From Zygnema circumcarinatum SAG 698-1b (Eukaryota > Plantae > Zygnematophyceae): a stretch of 64,000 bases of DNA. The notes under the pieces were generated by a model. The model had not been told where the DNA came from and searched no databases. It saw only the letters and a list, made by a program, of their open reading frames with translations. The stretch lies in contig CM074817.1 in assembly GCA_037447605.1 (NCBI GenBank), positions 2,232,001 through 2,296,000 of the forward strand. The letters run 5' to 3'. Shown here one piece after another: positions 38,231 to 46,675 of the stretch. Position 1 is the first letter of the stretch, and each line of letters starts with the position of its first letter. The translations under genes and the position numbers were made by a program.

Positions 38231-38586
38231 TACTGTACTGTACATCATCCGTACACAAGACCGTGCATCATACACGGCACCGTACACGTGTACGGTGCGC
38301 TTCCGTCAGAGGTACGGCCGTACGGTGGGCACATGGTGACCGGAGCACCGAGCACCATGGTGGGTAGTGTAGCAACCGCTACAGCCTGTGGGAGATGTGA
38401 GCCAAGGCAATGGTCCCTCTCGGACAGTTTGCTGATGGCGCGAATATATTAATTTATTAGCGTCTCTGGCATTGAATCAGTAGCTTTAGTCTCAGAACTT
38501 GTAGGTTTGGACAATGGTAAGAAAAAGCTTGTGGATTTATTGAAAGTGGATGCAGCCGTGAAAGCCATGTTGCGACAGCCGGTCAA

Positions 38587-38668
38587 GGCCATCAAATGTC
38601 ATGGACAAAAGCAGCATGGGGAACCACGAGGGACTGGTCGCAAAGGACCTAAGCACAAAAGAAAAAAA
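38587..38668 (+). repeat. Dispersed repeat, copy 2 (5'-truncated)
   Basis: GGCCATCAAATGT-CATGGACAAAAGCAGCATGGGGAACCACGAGGGACTGGTCGCAAAGGACCTAAGCACAAAAGAAAAAAA. Confidence 0.85.
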
Positions 38669-38877
38669 GTTATCAAAGTGTTTTTGTTTTCTTTACGGGA
38701 ATTACTATTTTCACACCTTTTCTGGCTAGATACACACCTTAAAAAAAAGCGCCCAATACTGTACCCTAAAACCCCTCAATGAAATCTGACCGGCGAAAAT
38801 GAGTGCGTATCTAGACAAAAAGCTGTGTAAATAGCATTTTCCTCTGTTTTGTGCCGATTTTTAATGGAAGGGGAAGT

Positions 38878-38950
38878 GGCATTGATATCGCGATGGCGAG
38901 GCCATCAAATGTACATGGACAAAATAGCATGGGGAACCACGAGGAACTGG
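38878..38950 (+). repeat. Dispersed repeat, copy 3 (3'-truncated)
   Basis: GGCATTGATATCGCGATGGCGAGGCCATCAAATGTACATGGACAAAATAGCATGGGGAACCACGAGGAACTGG. Confidence 0.85.
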
Positions 38951-39072
38951 GACTGAACTGGACTTCCTGGATGGGCCGACCGATTTTTATTTCTCGACCG
39001 CTGACCGCCGCTCTGACCGCTACAGATGGAACCGCCTGACCGGCCCTGGGTCGGCCAGAGCCCCAGCTCCAG

Positions 39073-39316
39073 TCGCCACGTGGCGATCTCCAAGTGGCTC
39101 CTCAGTCTTGGAATCTGACGTGGCGCACTCCCATTGGCTGGCTTCAAACGCAGGCGGGCAGCGGTCGGCGGCCTCTCCCACGACGGCGGGGCGGGACAGG
39201 ACGCTCTCGCTCACACGTGGCAGCGCAAGACGGCCCCGGCCGGCGGCCAAGTGGCGCCAATCGCGGCGGCCGGCCGGCGGGCGGGCGGGCGGGTGGGCGG
39301 GCCAGAGCGCCACGTG
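39073..39316. promoter_or_regulatory. G-box cluster upstream of the NDL gene
   Basis: CACGTG at 39077, 39214 and 39311; the first lies inside the perfect 14-bp palindrome TCGCCACGTGGCGA. Function is inferred from the known bZIP/bHLH consensus only. Confidence 0.4.
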
Positions 39317-39741
39317 GACAATATATGTTGGTTTGACGAGGTGTCGAACTGAACGGCGGAACATGTGACATTGGAGTGGACCCGAAGGGAAGGGAAGGGA
39401 AAGGTCTTGGTAGGGAAAGGCAGAGCTTTGGGGTGTTTTTGTGTAGGTCAAAGGAGGAAGGAGAGGGAGGGGAGGGATCGGGAGAGGGAGAGGTCGGAAG
39501 AGCGGTGGATAGCAAAGGAGGCGAGATCTGACAAGGGCTGAGGGAGGTAGGGACGAGGAAGCAGGCGAGTGGGCGGAAGGGAAGGAGGGAGGGAAGGAGG
39601 GAGGGAGGGAGGAAGGTGGAAGTGAGAGCAAGGGACGCAAGTGAAGGGAAGGGAGAGTGACAGCGGGACGCAAGGCACGAGTTTGTGCGTGAGAAGGTGA
39701 AGGAAGTACAGATTAGAGGAGGGAGGTAGGAGAGTGGTAGG

Positions 39742-42700
39742 ATGCCTCCTGCGAGGGAGTGGATGTGGGGAAAGGAAGCAGCAGCAGGAGGGGCTTCGAG
39801 TTCCGATGAGGACGACGAAAGAGCGAGTCTTGGCAGCGGAGAGAGTCGGGCCAGCCGAACCAGCAGCAGCAGCAGCTGGAGCTCCTCTGAATCTGCATCA
39901 GCATATGGCAACCGCGATGTAAATGTCATCCTTCGCTTCTGCATTCGCACTTTGCTGGCAATCTCATTAGTATAGAGAAGACAGTACGGATTTCCGGAAA
40001 CCGCCGGTGGATGAAAAGGCAGGATGTGTGCATGGATTTGGAAGGAGATGTCAGTTTCTGCAGTAGAAGTATCGGTAGCAGTGATGATTTACAATCCCAA
40101 GGAGTTGGATGGACTGTTCTTCTTCTTTTTTGCGTCGAATAGCTTGATCCAGTGCAATATGACCTAGCGGAACCTGTATGAACCTTGGACCTGAAAATAC
40201 GACAGGTCTATGGCTGCTGCTGCTCCAGTACAGGAACTCTTGCTTTGGGTATATTCTGAAGTATTGAGGCCCTGCTGGTCGCTGATCGATTTTCAGAAAC
40301 ATTTGTCGCTTGAAATGAATCGTAAATATGGCTCCTTCAGTTTCTCCAGGTCATGCAGTCAGAAAGAATCGAGTATACTCCTTTGGTTGTAGTCAGAATG
40401 CGACGTGGCTGAGGCATTGCATTGTCAATGGAGAGGTGCAGTTATGGCTGTTACAAGATAACAGCCAGATAGGTTGTCCTTTGACTTTCTGAATGATGAG
40501 TAGTTTCGTTCATTTTGAATGCAAATGATCGGATAACTGCGCTGTTCACATCTGACTCGTTTTGAAGGCATGGGATATGGAGCAGGTTGAAGTCGTGCAG
40601 ACATCATTTGGACCCGCAACAGTGACTGTATGCGGCAACCGCAGTAAAGCGAGCCTTATCACATACCACGACGTAGCACTAAACCGTAGGCTACTCTCTG
40701 CTCTCCTTATCTCATACGCTCCAGAATTCCCTGGGCATGCTTAATATTTCGTTACTGCATACATCTGCAACTTTGAGCATCGTTCGATTGTTCTTTTAGT
40801 CCAAGGCAGGGAAAACTGAGTCGACTTTAGCTTCATATCTCGATATTGAGTCGTCGAAATCGCAATGCTGTTTTCTTGCAGATGCCACATGCTTCCAAGG
40901 TCTCTTCGAGTGCGCAGAGCCTTCGTCCGTTCTGATGAGTAATTTCTGTGTCTACCACATAGATGCTCCAGGCCATGAGGTTCGTTTTTTTCCCGCGATG
41001 ACTTGGTATTACTGTTTCTATGAAGTGGAAATCTGCTTCAAAGTAGCAAGGGCGATCTGCTTAAGAGCATCCACTTCTCTGCAGAACATTGCAGTTGCTG
41101 TACAAAAGACGGCCTTTGCATCGGGGAAGGTGCCATTTCCATTTTAAGAAGCATCATGTCTTACTAGAAGCATCTTCTGTGGTCTTTCTGCTTCAGGCAA
41201 ATGCAGCAGAGATTTCTTTAGGGGAGCCAGAGCTGTCGATGGCGGATCTATCGGAGCAAGTGGCGGAGGTTATTCAACATTTCGGGTAAGGCCCTCAGCA
41301 TGTGCATGGCTGCTGCTGGTTATTGATGATGCAGAATCTTGTGAATCCATGTTTTTATCAGGCTACGCCTCTGTAGCGGTAGCAGCCATCTTAAGGTGAG
41401 AGGGGCGGAGGGTTGCAGCTTGAAGCAGGTGGTGTGTATGGGAGTAACCGCCGGCGCATATGTTCTTACTCAACTGGCGGTAAGCGATGCAGCACAAACC
41501 CTAATTTGACGCAGGACTGATCAGGAAAAGTCTGGAGGTTTGAACGGCTAGGGCTGAAATTAGGGTTGTTGTCGTAGGACAGTGGCTGGTCAGCTTCTTC
41601 CAGCTATCCATGTCAGCGAGAGCGTTGAACTCAACGCTCCGTGGAACTGTGGTTCGCATGGAAAGGCAGTTTACTCCACTGGCGCGCATCCCTTTTTCCC
41701 GCTGACCGCCGCTTTTTCGAAAATGCGCGGTTGCGCTGGTACTTGTCAGGCCGCGCATCCGACCGTCCGTGACACGTGTCACACCGCAGGATTGCGCCAC
41801 GTGTTGCCAGTGTAGTTTATTAACTGGCTCCCCAACGTCTGACAACTGTCCAGTGATTCCGTACGGCGGTCAGGACGGGACAGTGGGTCAAGGCGAGTCA
41901 AAGGCCGTCCTTTTGTCCAGGGGCTTCCCGGACACTCGGAGCCACGTTTCCCTCTAGGAGAGGCCTCCGTCGTCTGCGCCGACAAATTTTGCAGCTGGAT
42001 GTGCGGTGGTCTGTCGGCCGCCGACATTTTTCATTAATGCTGGCTGTGTCATTCTGGACTGCCGTACGATCTTTAGTACGGTATTTCAGTTTGACCGTAC
42101 GGACTTTTCACGAATTTTCGGGATGGCGATTGGACAGTTAGCTTTGGCGTCCAATACGGACGCTGCCGACCGACGACACTTTTCACGGTTTCCATGTGCA
42201 AGTGGAGCCGTTGCTATCTGTACCGACTGACAGTTTTTGTACTTCGTACGGTTTCCATGTGCAAATGGCGACGTAAAGTTCTGTTTGGACGTACGGTTTC
42301 TGGACTGTTCTTTAATGCGGATCTTTGAAAGAGAGAGATCCAATCAATGCGTGCCGTATTGCCACGTTTCGGAATCTCTTTGACTGCGTAAAGGCTCTGG
42401 CTGGCAGTTTTGTACGGACAATCATTCCGTACAAGACGGGAAACCGTACGACCAGTTTCGTACTGCGCGCCGAGCTCCGTGGGGAGGGGGTGATCCGGTG
42501 CACGTGTTGCCGTGCTGTGTCACGCAACGGTGAACTGTGTCACGCAACGGTGAACTGTGTCACGCAACTGTGAACTGAGACCATGCGCTCTATCCAAGCA
42601 GGACTCCTGGAAGAAGCGAACTTGGTTTCTGCATTGAAATGGGACACACTATGAAAGTCTCCATTCCCAAAAAACAGTTTCTGAATCTTGTTCATCCCCG

Positions 42701-44819
42701 GGATGTAGATGCAGCCGCCACTAGGGACTTGAACTTAGCTGAGGAATTTGCCTGGAAAAGTATGTGTTTTCACATGAAGCCTTGTCCTTGGAACTGATCC
42801 CCTCTTATATGTATGTATGTATGTATGTGTCTATGTGGCGCAGATTAACCACCCCTCATTGGTGGAGGGGCTCATCCTCATATCGCCGGTCGTACAAGCT
42901 GCCTCCTGGTCAGAATGGGCGCTCAGCAAGGTCAGTACTTTGGGAAATGTTCAACATTTCCACTGTCTGTCTAAGCAGCAAATTAGGTTAAACTTGCACT
43001 TGTTTCGACTTGACAGTGCACTACTGCATTGCAGACCTGTTGCTTTCTTGACCTTTCTTGCCTCCAAACGAAGACAAATCTGCTTTCAGTCACAACTTGC
43101 CTGCTTCATTTCACATCGTAAACTGTTAGTTACAACAAAACGCAGTTCTGCATGGAACGCCGCTCCAGTTCCGGCGATCAGCATGACTTGCTGATAACTG
43201 CAATTGTTTGCATATACATACAGTTTGCAAAACTGTAGTTCTTTTTGCCCTGTTCCGTTCCACTACTGCTCCTTAACGGGTAACGGAGAGCTGCCCTTTC
43301 CATGCAGTTGACAATCAACATGCTCTGCTTTTACGGAATGACGAGTTCCATCAAAGAGGGGCTGCTCGCTCGCTTCTTCTCCACCGGCCAGCACGGCTAC
43401 CAGGGCCCGGGTTCAGACTCTCTTCTTACCTTTTTCAAGGTAATTAGACCATTTATATCGATTCACTTATTTAAACCTAATTTCTTAAACAGAAACATAC
43501 ATAACATGTGTTAGAGACGCAGTTCATATTCTGAAGGAAAAGAAGAAGGGAGGGGCTCTCCTGTTCAGTAAGAATCTGTCTTCTATTTGGCTAGATTCTG
43601 CTTTTTAGTCACATTCTACTTTGGTCAACTGCTAGGTTGCCTTCTGGGCAACTGTGGTCAAAGGGCTGTTCTGTGACCTCAACATATCGAAACAGCAAAT
43701 ACATATGCTATTTTATAGATGGAACATTTTCCCTTATTTGTGGGCCCTCTGACTGACTGGGAACTCCAATTCTTTTTCAGGAGTTGGAGACTCGTGAGCC
43801 GTGGAATATCGCGAGATACATGCAGGCTTATCTTGGGTGGGTGCTACCTACTGTTTGTCTTCTAAGAGCTCACGAATTCCGGTTATTTCTCTTGTTTCTC
43901 TTGTTTCTATGTTTCCAGAGCATTGGTGTGAGTTTTTGGGACTCCCTTTTTTTGAGAATGCCTGCCTCGAAGGTGTTGGAATGTTGGGCTTTTAGTGTTT
44001 TTAGGGTTTTTAGGGTTTGGGGACAGAATTTGGATGATAATGAGTGGCTTGCTTTTTGTGGGAGGGGAATTGCAGTCGAGCTGATCTTTCGGAGAAGCTG
44101 CAAGATGTGAAGTGTCCGACTCTCATTGTGGCCGGAGAACATTCTCCGTTTCGTGAAGCGAGTTTGGAAATGTATGCACGGATGGACCCCTCCATCACCA
44201 CTTGGATTCAGGTTCGTTCCATGCTCCTGTTCCGTCCCGTTCAGTTACGTTCCCTACTCCGGTATGCCGTTCCGTGGCGCAGGGAACTGTTCAACAGGGA
44301 ACGCTCACATGGAACTGTTGGAAAATCTGTTTCCTCCGTTTCACTTCCCTTCCATTCCGTCCTCCTCTCCTTCTTCATTACCTCTTCCTCCATTCCTCCA
44401 TCTCAGACTAACTTTTCTCTCCTATTCGTGCTAAGACAAGAGCGACTAAAACACGAACTCTGCCATTATCCTAACGCCAACCCAATTGAAACATTACGCT
44501 AATGAATAAGCCACTTAGCAAGAATTATTGCGACTTATTCGCAAGCACTTTGGCCTTTGTTTTGAACGTGCAGGTGGATGCCTCAAGTTCTCTGATAACG
44601 GAGGAGCGACCCCACATGCTTCAAACTCCCATAATGAACTTCCTCTGCAAGTTGGGATACTTTCGGAGGCCCCGCTCCTGCTTGGACCTTCACTCCCACC
44701 TCACTCTCTCTCCGTCCCCATCCTTTTCTGCAGAAGACTTCTCTCCTAAGGCTTGTGGGGTAAACTTGAAGCCTATCCGAACTCGCGTGCGTAAGATGGG
44801 AGAGGACATGTTTGAGTGA
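39742..44819 (+). CDS. NDL: NDL / NDRG-family alpha/beta-hydrolase-fold protein with a Ser/acidic N-terminal extension
   Basis: Exons 39742-39918, 40568 (or 40586)-40685, 40882-40979, 41197-41285, 41419-41479, 42844-42930, 43308-43439, 43781-43836, 44076-44211, 44574-44819. Motifs [46 protein letters not shown]...ASWSEW, TEERPH, LKPIRTR. Confidence 0.92.
42515..42577. repeat. 20-bp tandem repeat x3 (CTGTGTCACGCAACGGTGAA) in an NDL intron
   Basis: Units at 42515, 42535 and 42555 (the last has one substitution). Confidence 0.9.
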
Positions 44820-45673
44820 GAGGTGGAGGAGAGAGGAGGGGGTGGGGAGGAGGGGGGGGGAGGGGGGGGGAAGGGAGAGGTCGAGCATTGAATTGGGTGC
44901 GGGGGGGAGAGAGAGAGTGAGAGAGAGGCTCGAAAGTGAGTTGGTTGGCTTGAACGAGGTGGAACAGTTTGAGAGTTTCACCTGACGCTGTGTGAAGGGG
45001 TTGGAAATAAAAAGCGTGAAATTAGTTCGTTGATTTATTCGGAGGGATGAATAAGAGAAACTGTCATCGTAATAAAGAGCCGATCTTCGTCGCCGAACTG
45101 AAGTTGATGTAAGGACGCTTTGGTGGAGATGATGTCGCAGACTGCTATGGCATGATGGCACACATGCCATGCCATGCCATACCCATGGCATGATGCCATA
45201 GCATGCATGGCATGGTAGCAGGAATTGATAGTGGCCAGGATTTAGGGTTAGGGTTAGAGTTAGGGTTCAGGGTCAGTGGACTTCAGAGTCCCTTTTTTTC
45301 TTTTTCACGCAATAAGTGTAGCTCCAGAATTGTGATCGGTCTGCAATACGTAGAATCCGCTTCGATTTTCAGGGGGTCCTAGGGAGTGCAGACAGTGCAA
45401 TAAAGGAAGAGTGGAATAAAGAGCTGACTCAATAAAGCCTGGAGCTATGTACTCCCTTTGCTTTGCTTTTTATGACTTGCTCGAGGTTTATGCTGAACCC
45501 GTCTTTTGGGATTCTTCCTTGGAGTGAGTGGTTGGGTGATTCTTCATGGGTATTGTCATGTTCTTTAATCAAAGGCATTTGTTGAGGATACTGGGTCCAG
45601 TAGGGGGCTTTCAGACTTGAGAAATTCAATATGGAATATGTTCAAAGCCTCCAGAGGGATACCCTACTACCAA

Positions 45674-45791
45674 AAGGTTTGAACTTTGAACAATTAAAGA
45701 TTGTGGCTGTTCAAATAAAAGAACTATTCAGAATTCGGTCCATTTGAACTTTAAAAAATTCCAAAAAGAAAAGGTTCAGAGTTCAAACCTT
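45674..45791. repeat. 118-bp segment bounded by 18-bp inverted repeats (possible small MITE)
   Basis: AAGGTTTGAACTTTGAAC (45674-91) matches the reverse complement of GTTCAGAGTTCAAACCTT (45774-91) at 17/18. No clear TSD. Confidence 0.55.
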
Positions 45792-45939
45792 ATTGGTGGT
45801 AGGGGGAGGAAAAATTATTGAATCAGTACTGCTTCAGAATGAGAATTTCGCCCAGGAAGGTACGGATTCTGATTCAAATTTTCACTCGACAGGTACTGTA
45901 GAGAAATGGTTTCCCCTACCGTACCGTAAATCTCGCAAC

Positions 45940-46262
45940 GCGCTATTCAACGGTCAGAAGTCCATTACAGCACAGGTGGCGTATCCAACGGTACAGGTTT
46001 CTTTAAATCTCTCAAGTGGCTATCCAACGGACAGAAATTTTCCGGTGTGTGTACGTGGCATATCCAACGGTTTGCATTGACTCAGTCTTGCATGAGGCTA
46101 TCCAACGGTTTATAATTCACTACGTATGTGCGCGTATCACATCCAGCGGTCCGTGATCCATGACGTATGTGCGCGTACCATATCCAATCCCTATGGATGT
46201 GCGTATAGACAATTCAACGGGCCGCCATCCACATTGTATGTGCGCATTACATATCCAACGGT
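45940..46262 (+). repeat. Regularly interspaced motif array: 9 units with a TATCCAACGG core, period about 38-41 bp, non-identical spacers
   Basis: CAACGG-equivalent positions at 45948, 45986, 46025, 46065, 46103, 46144, 46185, 46215 and 46256. Confidence 0.85.
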
Positions 46263-46675
46263 CATTTTCTTCAATTGCGCCCATGCCCACGTGGCACACG
46301 CGCCAGTTTTTTACGGAAAACCGGACGCACGGATTGTGGTCGGTTTTGGCCCCCTCTCGCCCTCTTTGGACCTGAACTCTCCGAACCCCAAAGCCCCCGC
46401 TGCAGGTATTGCATGCAAAACTCGGCAAACTCTAACCCTAATCTGGTAAACTTTTTCAACTTTTGAATCCTGAGCGTTAGGGCCCGAACACCCGCAGAAC
46501 TGAACTGTGATTTCAGACCTTGTACTCGCTGGTCACAAATCGCAAACAAAAAACCGCAAACCACAATCTACAAATCACAAACCTTAAACCCGAAACCCTA
46601 AACCTTAAACCCTAAATCCTGAACCCTAAACTCTAAACCCCAAACCCTACACCCTGAACGCTGAACCCTGGGAGG

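Larger units (their letters stand above)
35277..38383. mobile_element. Outer short TIR element (about 240 bp when emptied) with 34-bp TIRs and TG...CA ends
   Basis: 35277-35310 TGTAGCGGTTGCTACACTACCCACCATTGTGCTC matches the reverse complement of 38350-38383 at 33/34. Flanks CCCTG and GCCTG may be a 5-bp TSD with one mismatch. Confidence 0.75.

Noticed and set aside
35277-38383. DIRS-type retrotransposon (RT flanked by inverted terminal repeats)
   Set aside because: The inverted repeats resolve into two separate TIR elements with their own TSDs. The interior has an aspartic protease and a gypsy-type RT/RNase H, with no tyrosine recombinase.
40493-40555. Box C (ATGATGA) and box D (CTGA) pair in NDL intron 1, with 9 nt (GCTGTTCAC) complementary to a recalled LSU rRNA segment
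   Set aside because: There is no terminal stem, the duplex is short, and the CTGAC lies 12-30 nt before the acceptor, where it is better explained as the branch point.
45940-46262. Calling the interspaced array a CRISPR locus
   Set aside because: Eukaryotic context, no cas genes, a short non-palindromic repeat that changes along the array, and some spacers share leading bases. Kept as an unexplained array instead.
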